Origin: an uncultured Alphaproteobacteria bacterium
GTDB lineage: Bacteria; Pseudomonadota; Alphaproteobacteria; Rhizobiales; Xanthobacteraceae
Assembly (NCBI GenBank): GCA_963751855.1
Contig: CAVVWF010000014.1
Span: forward strand, 56,814 to 120,813
DNA: 64,000 nucleotides
Reading direction: 5' to 3'
Each line of letters starts with the position of its first letter. Position 1 is the first letter of the stretch. The position numbers and the translations under genes were made by a program. The notes under the pieces are model-generated. The model searched no databases and was not told where the DNA came from. It worked only from the letters and a program-made list of their open reading frames with translations. Shown here piece by piece: positions 31,237-42,676 of the stretch.

Positions 31237-31926
31237 TCACGCCCGCGCGATGATGATCGCGTAGCTCCGCTGCCGGTGGGTGCCGTCAGGCATCGTGAAC
31301 GCTTCGTGATAATCCTCGTCAACCTCGATCTGCCGGAAGCCGGCGTCGCGATGCAGCGCCAGCAGCGTGGCGAGATCGCGGCGTTGGAAGCCGAATTCCG
31401 GCCGGGCAAAGGGCGGTGGCAGCTCGCCCGGCTTTGAGATCACCGAGGCAATGCAGCTCAAGGCGCCGGGACGCAGCACGCGGCGGATCTCCGCAAGCGG
31501 GCGGATCGGCTCCTGCCAGAAATAAATGACGTTGACGGCAAACGCCTTGTCGAAGCTCTGATCGGCAAAGGGAAGGGCTTCGGCGGATGCGAACTGGAAC
31601 GAGGCGCGGCCCGCCGCGATCAGCTCTGCGTTGAAGGCGGTGGCCTCCGCGACCATGGTCTGCGCAATGTCCACGCCGGCATAGGACAAATCATCGGCGC
31701 AGGCCAGCAACGCGGGCAACAGCTTGCCGTTGGCGAACCCGATTTCAAGCACATGCTCGCTCTGCTGCAGACGAAGGCTCCGATAAACTGCCGTGGTGAT
31801 GCCTGCGTTGGCACGGTTCAGCATCTCGCCGATGGCGCGGCCTGTTTCGCCGTCCGGCTTTCCCAGCAAACGCCCCATTTCCGATGGGGCAAGGGTACTC
31901 AGATCAACCATATCCGTCGTCTCCAT
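31237..31926 (-). CDS. class I SAM-dependent methyltransferase
   Basis: VLEIGFANG, LPFADQSFD, VNVIYFW. Confidence 0.88.
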   Translation of the reverse strand: METTDMVDLSTLAPSEMGRLLGKPDGETGRAIGEMLNRANAGITTAVYRSLRLQQSEHVLEIGFANGKLLPALLACADDLSYAGVDIAQTMVAEATAFNAELIAAGRASFQFASAEALPFADQSFDKAFAVNVIYFWQEPIRPLAEIRRVLRPGALSCIASVISKPGELPPPFARPEFGFQRRDLATLLALHRDAGFRQIEVDEDYHEAFTMPDGTHRQRSYAIIIARA

Positions 31927-32124
31927 GATCTCGGCGTCATCGCGAACGCTGATTGGAGAACGAGGCCGAAGTGAAGCTGCTTGTCAGACTCGCAATGATG
32001 TGAGCACGACGTGATGAGAGTGCGACGTGATATAAGTCGTCCTGCGACAGCAGTGAGCACGCGCTATGAGGGCGACAGCGCTGCGCTGCTCGCCTATGCT
32101 GCGCATCATCGCAAGACTAAGGAC

Positions 32125-32916
32125 ATGAACTTGAGAACACTCGCGCGCATCGTCGTTGCCACCATCGCGGTTCACCTTGCGAGTTCAGGCCTATCCGCCC
32201 ATGCTCGCACGCTCGACGCCGTGAAGGCCACCCGCATGCTGCGAGTCGGTTTGACGGGCGACTATGCGCCGTACGCGCGCCTCGCGCCGAATGGCACACT
32301 TCACGGCGCTGATGTGACGATGGCGCGCGCATTGGCACAATCGCTCGGTGTGACCCTCCAGATCGTGCCGACGACGTGGAAGACCATGGCGGCGGATCTT
32401 CAGGCGGATCGTTTCGATGTCGCCATGGGCGGCGTCAGCGTCACGCCGGATCGCGCGGCCATCGGCGATTTCTCGATCACGGTGCTGCGCGACGGCAAGC
32501 GTCCCATCGTGCGCTGTTCGGACGCGGAGCGCTACACGTCGGTTGCGGCGATCGACCGGGCCGACGTGCGTGTCGTGGTCAATGTCGGCGGCACCAACGA
32601 GCGTTTCGCCAAGGAAAACTTCCCGCACGCACTGCTGGAGCAGCGCGACGACAACCGGACGGTGTTCGACGCTTTGGCGAACAATCAGGCCGACGTTATG
32701 GTGACTGACGGCGCGGAGGTCGATTATCAGGCGGGGCAGCATCCGGGTGTTCTGTGCGCGGCCAAGGTGTCTGAGCCATTCGATCGTTTCGACAAGGCCT
32801 ACTGGATGACGCGCGACAGTGCCCTGAAGACGGCGCTCGATGGGTGGCTCACGAGGGCCCTCACGGCGGGAGACTATGACAGGGCCTTGGCTGCTGCCGC
32901 GAACGACAGGTTTTAG
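32125..32916 (+). CDS. cyclohexadienyl dehydratase-like/SBP family 3 periplasmic protein
   Basis: LRVGLTGDYAPY, FDVAMGGVS, NVGGTNERFA, ADVMVTD. Confidence 0.82.
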   Translation: MNLRTLARIVVATIAVHLASSGLSAHARTLDAVKATRMLRVGLTGDYAPYARLAPNGTLHGADVTMARALAQSLGVTLQIVPTTWKTMAADLQADRFDVAMGGVSVTPDRAAIGDFSITVLRDGKRPIVRCSDAERYTSVAAIDRADVRVVVNVGGTNERFAKENFPHALLEQRDDNRTVFDALANNQADVMVTDGAEVDYQAGQHPGVLCAAKVSEPFDRFDKAYWMTRDSALKTALDGWLTRALTAGDYDRALAAAANDRF

Positions 32917-33079
32917 ATTTGTCTTTGCTGCGCCGGGATTGATGGGCGTGGCTGATGGGAGTGGCTCGATGGGAGTGGGCTGATGGGAGCGGGGAGACGT
33001 TCGATCTTGCCGGTCTTCAGGCGAGCTGGCGCCGATCGCGAGGCTTGCGCGCAATCCGCGTGGTGTGTTTGATCGACCA

Positions 33080-33553
33080 ATGAAACAAGCGCTTCTCGTT
33101 GTCGATGTTCAGCCCAGCTTCCCCGTGCCGGAGGACATCGTGCAGGGCATCCGTGAGCTGGCCCGCAGGCTTCCAAGTGTGGCGACGGTTGAGCGGCATG
33201 ATGAATCCATCACGCCGTTTGAACGCCAGATCGGATGGAAACCGGGACCGGCAGACGAAAGCCTCGTCGCGGCTGATCGCATTTTCATCAAGCACGGTTA
33301 TCTGCCGCCTCACTCTGCGATCGACTATCTTCGCGATCTGCAGGTGGAGCGGGTGCTGGTGTGCGGCGTCCAGGCCGATACCTGCGTTTTGGCTGCGGGC
33401 TTTGCGCTGTTCGATGCCGGTTTACACCCCACGCTTCTGAAATGGCTGACGGTGGGTTCGTCGCTGGATCGCTCGGGTGAGCTTGGGGCGAGGTTGTGGC
33501 AACACCACTTCGGCAGCGTTCTGTCGGATGTTGCTCAACTCGGTCTCGGCTGA
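33080..33553 (+). CDS. isochorismatase family cysteine hydrolase
   Basis: ALLVVDVQ, FIKHGY, CGVQADTCV. Confidence 0.85.
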   Translation: MKQALLVVDVQPSFPVPEDIVQGIRELARRLPSVATVERHDESITPFERQIGWKPGPADESLVAADRIFIKHGYLPPHSAIDYLRDLQVERVLVCGVQADTCVLAAGFALFDAGLHPTLLKWLTVGSSLDRSGELGARLWQHHFGSVLSDVAQLGLG

Positions 33554-33572
33554 CGCGCAGGCGGAAAAGGGG

Positions 33573-34622
33573 CTACAACACCGAAGTGCCGGCACGCATT
33601 TGTCTTGGCGTGGTGCCGGTCCAACGCTTGAACGCATGTGTGAAGGCGCTGACGTCCTGGTACCCTAGCAGCCAGGCGATCTCGGAAATCGTCAAATCGT
33701 CCTGGCCGAGATAGGCCTTGGCCATTTCAGCCCTGTATTCGTCCAATATCGCAGAGAATGTCAGACCGTCGGCAGACAGTTGGCGGGCAAGAGTGCGATG
33801 GCTCATGGCAAGCTCTCGGGCTATCTCCGGAGCGGTCGCCCCGCAGTGAGGCAGGCGGGGCGAGATCGCCATTTCGATAGCTGAACGTAACGTACCGACC
33901 TGCGCCGTCCGGCGCGCAAGCGTCTCCTCGGCATAGCCGATCAGCATCTTGTTGAGATACGGATCAGCGCCGACAATCGGAAGACGGTTGACTGCAGGTG
34001 CAAAGACAATCTCGTCGGCATCGGAGCCGAAATTTACATCGCATCCCAGATACTTCCGAAACCCGGGGGGCGTTGCTTTGCGGAAGTGCCTGACTTTCAA
34101 CTGACTGGGCGCCAGCCGGGTGTCGGTCAACTGCCGGCACATGCGCACCAGCGAAACCAACCAGAACTCCATATGCTGCGTGTCTGAGAGCCGATCGATG
34201 CCCACATAGTTAAGCGTAATGACGGCAGCACGATCTTTGCAAACTCGAAGTTCGACGCCCTCATTAGTCAGCCTGCTGAAGCGCTCGGCATTCTTCATGG
34301 CATCGGCAAAGCTCGATGAGGAAGCAAGCACGTAATAGATCAATCCAGCTTCGCGGAGGTCGAGATCACGTGCCAGGTGAAATCCGATAAGATCGTCTTG
34401 CAACTCCTCGGCTGCGATCCGCAGCAGCTTGATCTGTGCGCTCGCCTCCAGGCGGACATTCGAGTCCTCGATTTGCTCAACGGTCAACCCGGCCTTTTCC
34501 AGAAAAGGGGCTAACTGTAACCCGGCCGCGCGAAGCCGTGAGCAGACCAGGCGCGCGATGCCGCCGGATGCGCTCGGCACCGACCGCAGCAGTGAAAGCT
34601 TGGGTTCGCCCATTGGTGTCAT
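33573..34622 (-). CDS. AraC family transcriptional regulator
   Basis: IARELAMSHRTL...EIAWLLGYQDVSAFTHAFKRWTG. Confidence 0.92.
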   Translation of the reverse strand: MTPMGEPKLSLLRSVPSASGGIARLVCSRLRAAGLQLAPFLEKAGLTVEQIEDSNVRLEASAQIKLLRIAAEELQDDLIGFHLARDLDLREAGLIYYVLASSSSFADAMKNAERFSRLTNEGVELRVCKDRAAVITLNYVGIDRLSDTQHMEFWLVSLVRMCRQLTDTRLAPSQLKVRHFRKATPPGFRKYLGCDVNFGSDADEIVFAPAVNRLPIVGADPYLNKMLIGYAEETLARRTAQVGTLRSAIEMAISPRLPHCGATAPEIARELAMSHRTLARQLSADGLTFSAILDEYRAEMAKAYLGQDDLTISEIAWLLGYQDVSAFTHAFKRWTGTTPRQMRAGTSVL

Positions 34623-34689
34623 CCGCAGTGTTTGCCGCTGCCTGATAACCTGCCGTCAGAATGATTATGGCACCGCAATCGCAGCCGCG

Positions 34690-35478
34690 CTACGACTTCG
34701 CCGCCGCGTTCGACAAAGACAACGACGCCATGGCGGGATCGGGGATCACGACGATCGGCGAACCGTTCTTCACATTGTTGTAGAGATGAATGACGTCTTG
34801 ATTGAGAAGGCGGATGCAGCCTGACGAGACCGCCTTGCCGATCGAGGCCGGTTCGTTGGTCCCGTGCAATCGATAAAGCGTATCGCGGCCACCTTCGTGG
34901 ATGTACAGCGCGCGGGCACCGAGCGGATTGCGCAAGCCGGGCTCCATTCCACCGTTGTTGGCGCTGTATCGCGCAAGCTCCGGCTGTCGCTTGATCATGG
35001 AGTCCGGTGGCACCCATCGCGGCCACTGACGCGTGTACGCGACGCGCGCGCGACCGGACCATTCGAAACCCTCGCGTCCAACGCCGACGCCGTAACGCGT
35101 CGCACGGCCGCCGGGAAGCACGTGGTAGAGATATTTGTTCGGCGTATCGACGATGAGCATTCCGGCTTTCTCGCCGGATGCATAGTCGATATCGGTGCGC
35201 CAATAGCGCGGGTCCACCTCGCTCACATCGACGGCGGGGACCTGAACGCCACCATCGGTGACGGCGCGATAGATCGATGGCGTCGCGGGCGAGGCGCTGG
35301 ACTCGGTGGTGGGCCGCAAACTCATTGTGGACGTCTCGTCCGTCACGCAGCCGGCGAGCGTGATGGCGCCCAGTCCGAGCACGGCGCGGCGTCCCATCTT
35401 CGCGTTGAGGAGCTGCGAGAGCCGGGCCGTCATGGGCGGGCCACTCAGGCTTGCGTGGAGAGATAAATCGCATGACAC
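34690..35478 (-). CDS. L,D-transpeptidase (lipoprotein)
   Basis: NPLGARALY, RLHGT...VSSGCIRL; LAGC lipobox. Confidence 0.92.
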   Translation of the reverse strand: MSCDLSLHASLSGPPMTARLSQLLNAKMGRRAVLGLGAITLAGCVTDETSTMSLRPTTESSASPATPSIYRAVTDGGVQVPAVDVSEVDPRYWRTDIDYASGEKAGMLIVDTPNKYLYHVLPGGRATRYGVGVGREGFEWSGRARVAYTRQWPRWVPPDSMIKRQPELARYSANNGGMEPGLRNPLGARALYIHEGGRDTLYRLHGTNEPASIGKAVSSGCIRLLNQDVIHLYNNVKNGSPIVVIPDPAMASLSLSNAAAKS

Positions 35479-35578
35479 GTCCTCGATCGAAATGAACGAG
35501 GACCGTCAGAGCGGGTGCACCTTAAGCCAGGCTTAAGGCGAGTTGTCTTGATAGCGTCGCGTGCGTGACTGCGAAAGC

Positions 35579-35628
35579 CGGTACGCTCGGATGGAGGAGA
35601 CAGGCATGGCGACGACCCGAGACTTTAC
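35579..35628 (+). repeat. orphan copy of the 5' end of the sulfite-oxidase-like gene (partner 53973-54023)
   Basis: 35-bp identity TCGGATGGAGGAGACAGGCATGGCGACGACCCGAG at 35587-35621 and 53982-54016. Confidence 0.92.
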
Positions 35629-35639
35629 GACAGTTCGCG

Positions 35640-35835
35640 GAAGCGTGGCTATGCGAGCGGCCGAGACCGGCGCGATATTTTGATTCATCCGGAAGAGGTT
35701 GGTCGGGTCGTATCTGGATTTGATTGCGGCAAGTCGCGCGAATTTTTCCTCGCTGTACGAACCCCTGAGCCCCTCGACGCCTTCGTCTCCGATGTAGTTG
35801 ACGTAGGACGCATTCACGACGGGCTTGAATCGCGT
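35640..35835 (-). pseudogene. FAD-linked oxidase C-terminal (BBE domain) fragment
   Basis: YVNYIGDEG...RLAAIKSRYDPTNLFRMNQNI. Confidence 0.8.
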
Positions 35836-35894
35836 CAACGGCCGTACCGTCAACCTGCAACGGCCGTCGCGGAGCCGGTAGTTCTTTTGAATTT

Positions 35895-35975
35895 ACTTCC
35901 GCTTTCGCCGGCATAGCGGACATGGCCGGACTTGATGCTGGCTCGACCCGGTCGCGAGTGACCCCAACCAGACGT
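35895..35975. repeat. GTCCGC/GCGGAC-type hairpin repeat, composite
   Basis: TTCCGCTTTCGCCGGCATAGCGGAC...GTCGCGAGTGACCCCAACCAGAC. Confidence 0.7.
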
Positions 35976-36255
35976 CGATTTCCACGCCCAACCGAGATAC
36001 GCTAAGGTCACGCTGGGCGTCCAATCGACCGGAGAAGGCCGGAACGATGGACCGAAAAGTGTATTCTGAAGTCTATCGCTGGCGCATGCGCCGCCGCAGG
36101 AAACGTTGCCGGTTCAGCTTTTCGGAGGTCGCGACGTTTCCTTGTTTGTCGTCCGCCGGCCCCCAATGGCGGCGAACCTGGGTCAGCCCTTGGCGAGGCT
36201 GGCGAAGCCGTGAGCTTCGTGCCGCGCGTTGCAGCCGCTGCGAAGAGGCGCTCCG

Positions 36256-37908
36256 ATGGTGAAGACAGTCGCCGTTGTCCCGGACGAACAGCATTTCATC
36301 CTCTCGAGCCTGTCGCCCGGCCGAGCGCAGAAACGGCTTGCCCTTTCCGTCGTGCTCGCCTTGGTCATCGTCTTTTTTATTACGGCCGGGCCGCTCTCGA
36401 CCATGCAGTTGGGGGAGATCGACGCCTTTGTCCCGGCTTACGCCACGGCGATGTTTGTGGTCGATTCGATCACCGCGGTCCTGCTGTTTGCCCAGTTCTC
36501 CATCCTGCGTTCGCGGGCGCTTCTCGTGATCGCGAGTGGATATCTCTTCACGGCGCTCATGGTCATCCCGTGGATGCTGACCTTCCCGCGTGTCTTCGCG
36601 CCCGGTGGCCTGCTTGGCGCCGGGCTGCAGACCACGGCTTGGCTCTATATCCTATGGCACGCCGGTTTTGCCATGTGCGTCATCGCCTATGCCCTGCTGA
36701 AGGATGACGATCCGGCCAAGCGGGTATGGCGGGGCTCGGCGGGTGCGGCCATCCTTTCAAGTGTGGCCGTGACCGCAGCCGTCGTGTGTGCCGCGACATT
36801 TCTTCTCACAGCGGGGGATGCGCTACTGCCCCGCGTCATGCTCGATCCGGTCCGTTTTTCTCCCCTCTGGTTTTATGCTGTCGGGTGTCTCGTCCTGTTG
36901 AGCATTGCTGCGCTCATTGTGCTCTGGGTCCGGCGGCGCTCTGTGCTCGATCTGTGGCTGATGGTGGTAATATGCGCGTACGTCGCGGGGTTCTTTCTAA
37001 TCTCGTTTCCAGTTCAGGTGCGTTTCAGCGTCGGCTTTTATGCCGGCCGGCTCTGCGGGCTCCTGTCCGGCAGTCTCGTGCTGATGGTCCTGCTGTACGA
37101 GATAACGACGCTTTACGGGCAGCTGCTCCGGGCGGTCCTCGCTGAACGCCGCGAGCGCGAGGCGCGGCTGCTGACCGGGGACGCAGTCGCGGCCACGATT
37201 GCGCACGAGGTCAAGCAGCCATTGTCGGGGATGATAACTCAGGCCGATGCGGGCTTGCGCTGGCTTGGTCGCGCGACGCCTGATCTCAATGAAGCGAAGG
37301 CGGCCTTGCAGCATATCGTCGCCGACGGCCATCGCGCGGGAGCGGTGATCGACAGCATTCGGGCGAACTTCAAGAAGGAGGCCAGAAACAGAACTTCGCT
37401 CGACATCAACGGACTTATCAGGGAAGTCCTCTCCTTGACGCGCGGCGAACTGCAGAGGCACCAGATCCTGGTCGAAGCCGCGCCGAGTGCCCCGCTACCG
37501 CCGGTCAGGGGAGATCGAATCCAGCTGCAGCAAGTGCTTCTCAATTTGATCACGAACGCGATCGATGCGATGGCGGCCAAGGTAGGAACGCGGGTCCTGC
37601 GCGTGAGGACCGAACTCGACGACGCCGGGCGCGTCATCATATCGGTGGCGGACACCGGAACAGGAATCGGCGCGCCAGAACTCGAGCGGATTTTCGATCC
37701 ACTGTTCACAACAAAATCGGGCGGTATGGGGATGGGTCTGGCGATCTGCCGTTCAATCATCGAGGCCCATGGTGGCCGGTTGTGGGTTGCGCCGAACAAA
37801 CCCGAGGGCGCCGTCTTTCAGTTCTTGCTGCGCGCCGACGGTGCGACGTCCGCTTGTGCTTCGCGACGAGAGCAACCGGACGAAATTCGGCCGAGTTGGC
37901 GCCACTGA
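36256..37908 (+). CDS. membrane sensor histidine kinase (MASE4-like input domain)
   Basis: ~8 TM; IAHEVKQPL H-box, QVLLNLITNA, DTGTG, GMGMGLAIC. Confidence 0.9.
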   Translation: MVKTVAVVPDEQHFILSSLSPGRAQKRLALSVVLALVIVFFITAGPLSTMQLGEIDAFVPAYATAMFVVDSITAVLLFAQFSILRSRALLVIASGYLFTALMVIPWMLTFPRVFAPGGLLGAGLQTTAWLYILWHAGFAMCVIAYALLKDDDPAKRVWRGSAGAAILSSVAVTAAVVCAATFLLTAGDALLPRVMLDPVRFSPLWFYAVGCLVLLSIAALIVLWVRRRSVLDLWLMVVICAYVAGFFLISFPVQVRFSVGFYAGRLCGLLSGSLVLMVLLYEITTLYGQLLRAVLAERREREARLLTGDAVAATIAHEVKQPLSGMITQADAGLRWLGRATPDLNEAKAALQHIVADGHRAGAVIDSIRANFKKEARNRTSLDINGLIREVLSLTRGELQRHQILVEAAPSAPLPPVRGDRIQLQQVLLNLITNAIDAMAAKVGTRVLRVRTELDDAGRVIISVADTGTGIGAPELERIFDPLFTTKSGGMGMGLAICRSIIEAHGGRLWVAPNKPEGAVFQFLLRADGATSACASRREQPDEIRPSWRH

Positions 37909-38143
37909 TGCCGATGAGCTCATCGGGCGTGTGGCCCTCCCGCGGCAACTTCGCGACAGCGAGATATTCGATCTCGGCTCTGTGCGTACGATCGCGCGGC
38001 TCCGGCGAGCGACCCGTTGCCGCAGGATGACCTGTTTGAGCGAGACGCGCGCGTCGACGAGTGGTCCGCTTATAGGATTGGGGTGCAGCGAGACATATGT
38101 AGAAAGCCTTATCACTCTTTATTTGAAGCCAGCGGAGCCTTCC

Positions 38144-38419
38144 ATGAAGTACATCATTAGCTGGACTGTGCCGCAAGCAACGTTCACTGCCGCGGTCGCG
38201 CAATTCCTTGAGACCGGGGGCGCGCCACCAGCGGGCGTCACCATGCTGGGCCGTTGGCATGGCATGAACGGTCAGGGATTTGCGATCAGCGAAACGACAG
38301 ATGCAAAGGCCATGTATCAGTGGGTCGCTCAATGGTCCGATGTACTCTCATTGACCGTCACGCCTTGTGTGGAGGATGCCGACGCGGGTTCCGTGATGGC
38401 GTCCATAGGCGAGCGTTGA
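38144..38419 (+). CDS. DUF3303-like protein
   Basis: MKYIISW...FLETGGAPPAGVTMLGRWH...VTPCVED. Confidence 0.78.
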   Translation: MKYIISWTVPQATFTAAVAQFLETGGAPPAGVTMLGRWHGMNGQGFAISETTDAKAMYQWVAQWSDVLSLTVTPCVEDADAGSVMASIGER

Positions 38420-38660
38420 ACTCGAAATTCGCATGAGCCGCAGCTACCTGCGTTCGGCATCGGTGGTACCAGTCGTGAGGGGACCGCCTCAAAGATTTCT
38501 GTCGGTGAGAGGCGGACTGCGGTTTGGAACTCATCATCAATCTCAAGCAAGATTATTAAAGCGCTTGGCTTCGAACCGCTAGCGGCGTTGGTTGCTCGCA
38601 CTGCCGTGGGCAGGCAAGTGAGGCCGCGAGTTCCGCTTGTGGCCCGCTTATCGAGATAAC

Positions 38661-38765
38661 GGCCGCATATGGGTCGCACCGAACGAGCCGCAGGACGCCG
38701 TCTTTCACTTTATGCTTCTCGCCGACGATGCGGCATTTGCGGCGCTCCACGAGGAGAACAACTCG
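38661..38765 (+). pseudogene. degenerate copy of the histidine kinase 3' end (partner 37774-37880)
   Basis: GRIWVAPNEPQDAVFHFMLLAD vs GRLWVAPNKPEGAVFQFLLRAD. Confidence 0.85.
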
Positions 38766-39134
38766 AGAGCCTCCTACTTAATTAACGCCACTGTTGCTGA
38801 TGAGATATCGATGAGAATGCGCACGGCGCGCTGTCGGAATGATGCGATTGACCTCGTTCAGACGTCGGGTCTGACCAAGCCATTAGCTTGTCAAGAACGA
38901 CTGTGAGCCACGGCTAAACAAAAGTATGGGCGACCTAAATCAATAGGACATCGAAATGAACCTCTGTAGGGATCGAACCGTTCATTCGGATCGGACTAGC
39001 CTGCCATTGTAGCGGCGAGGAGGCGGCGAAAACGAGTCGTTTCTTAAGCGAGCAGCTTCTCAAAGGTCAAAAACTCATGAGCACGCTTAACCGCGAACAG
39101 AGCCGTCCGCGAGACGCCGTGAAAGGAACATAAA

Positions 39135-40607
39135 ATGGCTGACGAGAAGAAATCGTATCCCATGTCACACGCAACCGGCGCACCGGTGGCGGATAATCTC
39201 AACATCATGACTGCCGGTCCGCGGGGACCGGCAATGTTGCAGGACATCTGGCTGATCGAGAAGCTGGCGCAGTTCGATCGCGAGGTGATCCCGGAGCGAC
39301 GAATGCACGCAAAAGGCTGGGGCGCGCACGGCACCTTTACGGTCACCCATGACATCACCCGCTACACCAAGGCGAAGATCTTTTCGGAGATCGGCAAGAA
39401 GACGCCGATGTTCGCGCGCTTCTCCACGGTCGCCGGTGAACGTGGTGCTGCCGACGCAGAACGCGACATCCGCGGCACCGCGCTGAAGTTCTACACCGAG
39501 GAAGGCAACTGGGACATTGTCGGCAACAATACGCCGGTGTTCTTCTTCCGTGATCCGCTGCGTTTCCCCGATCTGAATCATGCGATCAAGCGCGATCCGC
39601 GCACCGGCCTGCGCTCGGCCGACAACAACTGGGATTTCTGGTCGTTGCTCCCGGAGGCGCTCCACCAGGTCACCATCATCATGTCCGAACGCGGGATCCC
39701 GAAGAGCTTCCGCCACATGCACCTCTTCGGCAGCCACGCTTTCTCGATGATCAACGCGGCCAATGAGCGGGTCTGGGTCAAGTTCCACTTCCGCACCCAG
39801 CAGGGTATCGAAAATCTCACAGACCAGGAGGCGGCGGCTCTCGTCGCCGGTGATCGCGAGAGCCATGGACGCGATCTGCTCGACGCCATCGAACGCGGCG
39901 ACTTCCCGCGCTGGACGCTGTTCATCCAGGTGATGACGGACGAGCAGGCGAAGGCCCACACGCACAATCCCTTCGATCTCACCAAGGTGTGGTCGAAGGC
40001 GGACTATCCGCTGATCGAGGTCGGCGTCGTGGAACTGAATCGCTATCCCGACAACTTTTTCGCCGACGTCGAGCAAGCTGCTTTCTCACCGGCGAACGTC
40101 GTGCCGGGCATTGGCTTTTCGCCTGACAAAATGCTGCAGGGGCGACTCTTCTCCTATGGCGATACCCAACGATATAGGCTTGGCGTCAACTTCAACCACA
40201 TTCCGGTCAACGCACCGAAATGCCCGTTCCAGAGTTATCACCGCGACGGTGCGATGCGCACGGACGGCAATCTCGGCGCGACGCCTAGCTACTGGCCGAA
40301 CAGCAAAGGGGCATGGATCGACCATGACCCGCGGCTCGAAGAGACGCCGCTCGAGTGGTCGGGCGCGGCCGCTCATTGGGATCATCGCGTCGATGACGAT
40401 CACTATGAGCAGCCCGGCATCCTGTTCCGCAAAATGACGCCTGCTCAGCAGCAGGTTCTCTTCGAGAACACCGCCCGTGCGATGGGCGACGCGCGTGTTG
40501 AGGTCAAGCAGCGGTACATCGCCAACTGCTCGAAAGCCGACCCGGCCTATGGTGCCGGCGTGGCGAAGGCCGCCGGAATAGCTCTTGCGAAGGATGCCGC
40601 AGAATAA
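39135..40607 (+). CDS. katA: monofunctional small-subunit heme catalase
   Basis: [31 protein letters not shown]. Confidence 0.95.
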   Translation: MADEKKSYPMSHATGAPVADNLNIMTAGPRGPAMLQDIWLIEKLAQFDREVIPERRMHAKGWGAHGTFTVTHDITRYTKAKIFSEIGKKTPMFARFSTVAGERGAADAERDIRGTALKFYTEEGNWDIVGNNTPVFFFRDPLRFPDLNHAIKRDPRTGLRSADNNWDFWSLLPEALHQVTIIMSERGIPKSFRHMHLFGSHAFSMINAANERVWVKFHFRTQQGIENLTDQEAAALVAGDRESHGRDLLDAIERGDFPRWTLFIQVMTDEQAKAHTHNPFDLTKVWSKADYPLIEVGVVELNRYPDNFFADVEQAAFSPANVVPGIGFSPDKMLQGRLFSYGDTQRYRLGVNFNHIPVNAPKCPFQSYHRDGAMRTDGNLGATPSYWPNSKGAWIDHDPRLEETPLEWSGAAAHWDHRVDDDHYEQPGILFRKMTPAQQQVLFENTARAMGDARVEVKQRYIANCSKADPAYGAGVAKAAGIALAKDAAE

Positions 40608-40804
40608 CCTGCGGCTTCCGACTGGGAGAATTCGAGGCCTTACGATCTGCACGCGGTTCCCCCGTCATTGCTGACTTAGCAGCCGATCAGGCTTATCTTC
40701 GGCGGGAGGCGCGGAAGCGTTGTAGCGCGGATCAAATCCTGATAAAAATTTGTTCTTGGCAGAGGGATACGTTCCGACAAAACTCCGAACCCGGAGGCGT
40801 GGCC

Positions 40805-42046
40805 ATGGTCACGGAAAAGCCGTTCCTCTCGCGCTCGCTCTCATGCCGGCGGCAGTTTCTCGGTAGCGCCGGGGCCGCGACTTTGGCGCTGACCTCGACG
40901 CCCGCGTGGGCCGACACGGTCGTCAAACTTCTCCTGCCGGGCGGGCCGGACGAGCGGCCGATGACCAAAGCCTTTCCCCAGAAGGGCGAACTCATCCTGC
41001 AGCGCACCCGACCGCCTCTGCTCGAAACGCCACTCGAAGTGTTCGATCAATCGGTGTTCACGCCGAACGATCGGTTCTTCGTGCGCTGGCATTGGGCGGA
41101 CATTCCGACCGCCGTCAATGTCGATACCTTCCGGTTGATGGTGCACGGGCATGTCAATCAGACCCTGTCGTTGTCGCTCAATGACATCCTCGCCCTGCCG
41201 CGGGTGGATCTGGTTGCAGTCAATCAATGCTCAGGCAATTCGCGCGGCTATTTCCAGCCGCGCGTCTCCGGCGCCCAATGGTCCAACGGGTCGATGGGCA
41301 ATGCGCGCTGGACCGGTGTGCGTATGAAGGATCTGCTGGACCGCGCGGGGGTGAAGGCTGGCGCCATTCAGGTTCGCTTCAACGGCATGGACGAGCCGGT
41401 TGTCCCGGAGGCGCCGGACTTCATGAAGTCGCTCGCCATCGATCATGCCCGCGACGGCGAGGTCATGCTCGCCTACGCGATGAACGGCGAGCCGCTGCCG
41501 TTGCTCAACGGCTTCCCGCTACGCCTCATCGTGCCGGGCTGGTACTCCACCTATTGGGTCAAGATGCTCAACGACATCGAGGTGCTGGATCAGCCGGATA
41601 CGAATTACTGGACGAAGACGGCCTACACGATCCCGGACACACCGCGCGCGAACATCCGGCCGGGGCAAAGCGACGTCAAGTTTGTGCCGATCAGCCGAAT
41701 GGTGCCGCGATCCTTCATCACGAACATCAAGGAAGGCGACACGCTGCAGGCGGGCGCTTCGACGCTTGCGCGCGGCATCGCGTTCGGCGGCGATTCCGGC
41801 GTATCGCGGGTCGACTTCTCGAGCGATGGCGGCAAGAGCTGGCAGGCAGCGGCGCTCGGCACGGACGAAGGCAAGTACAGTTTCCGGCAATGGCAACTCC
41901 GCTTCACCACGCCGGCCAAGGGAGATCAAGTGCTGATGGTCCGCTGCACCAGCAGCAGCGGCGAGGCGCAGCCCGATACGCCCAACTGGAATCCGAGCGG
42001 ATTCATGCGCAACGTCATCGAGCGGACCGCCGTCGCGGTCGCCTGA
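40805..42046 (+). CDS. sorA: sulfite:cytochrome c oxidoreductase molybdopterin subunit (SorA-like)
   Basis: Tat signal RRQFL; FFVRWH, NQCSGNSR, NGFPLRLIVPGWY; adjacent small cytochrome c. Confidence 0.8.
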   Translation: MVTEKPFLSRSLSCRRQFLGSAGAATLALTSTPAWADTVVKLLLPGGPDERPMTKAFPQKGELILQRTRPPLLETPLEVFDQSVFTPNDRFFVRWHWADIPTAVNVDTFRLMVHGHVNQTLSLSLNDILALPRVDLVAVNQCSGNSRGYFQPRVSGAQWSNGSMGNARWTGVRMKDLLDRAGVKAGAIQVRFNGMDEPVVPEAPDFMKSLAIDHARDGEVMLAYAMNGEPLPLLNGFPLRLIVPGWYSTYWVKMLNDIEVLDQPDTNYWTKTAYTIPDTPRANIRPGQSDVKFVPISRMVPRSFITNIKEGDTLQAGASTLARGIAFGGDSGVSRVDFSSDGGKSWQAAALGTDEGKYSFRQWQLRFTTPAKGDQVLMVRCTSSSGEAQPDTPNWNPSGFMRNVIERTAVAVA

Positions 42047-42056
42047 GGAGGAAAGC

Positions 42057-42389
42057 ATGGCGCACGCACTGCTCCCGATCGCTCTCGTCGCAGGCATTGC
42101 CTTTGCGCCGGTTTGCGCGCGGGCCGAGAGCCAATTGTCGCTTAAATCCGTCAGCGTCGAACTGCCGCCCGGCGACGACCTATTTCCGAACGGGCCGGGC
42201 GCGGATGCAATCGACAACAACTGTCTCGCCTGCCACTCGGCCGACATGGTGCTCAATCAGCCGGCACTTCAAATGACGCAGTGGCACGCCGAGGTCGAAA
42301 AGATGCGCACGGCCTACAAGGCGCCGGTCGACCCCAAGGACGTCGACGCAATCGTCAATTATCTGGTCAGCACCAAGGGCGCGAAATAG
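42057..42389 (+). CDS. sorB: monoheme cytochrome c (SorB-like)
   Basis: signal peptide; CLACH; VEKMRTAYKAP. Confidence 0.78.
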   Translation: MAHALLPIALVAGIAFAPVCARAESQLSLKSVSVELPPGDDLFPNGPGADAIDNNCLACHSADMVLNQPALQMTQWHAEVEKMRTAYKAPVDPKDVDAIVNYLVSTKGAK

Positions 42390-42676
42390 GCCAAACCCGA
42401 CCAACTCCCTCCGATCACCTCAATCGCCCGGGAGTCTGCTGATGCACTCCCTCACCAAGATCCGCGCTGCGGGCTACTTGATCATGCTGGCGTTCGCCGG
42501 GGCGCTTTCCGTGCCGCGGGTCCTAGCGGTGGACCGTTCGCTATGCTTTGATATCTTGGGAAATCCCTGATCGCGCGCAACTCAACCTTTAGCTACGAGT
42601 GCAAAGCTGTCGATATCAAGCGGTGTCCACAGTTGGTGCGCGTAAGCGCGGTGCCTTGAAATCTCGGGGTTTTCAC

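Noticed and set aside
35931-35941. TTGATGCTG resembling the IS1111 left end
   Set aside because: The 9-bp match lacks the subterminal IR and lies within the hairpin repeat spacer; likely chance.
38935-38990. OxyR-like site upstream of catalase (ATAG-N7-AAAT...)
   Set aside because: The match is too degenerate to support.
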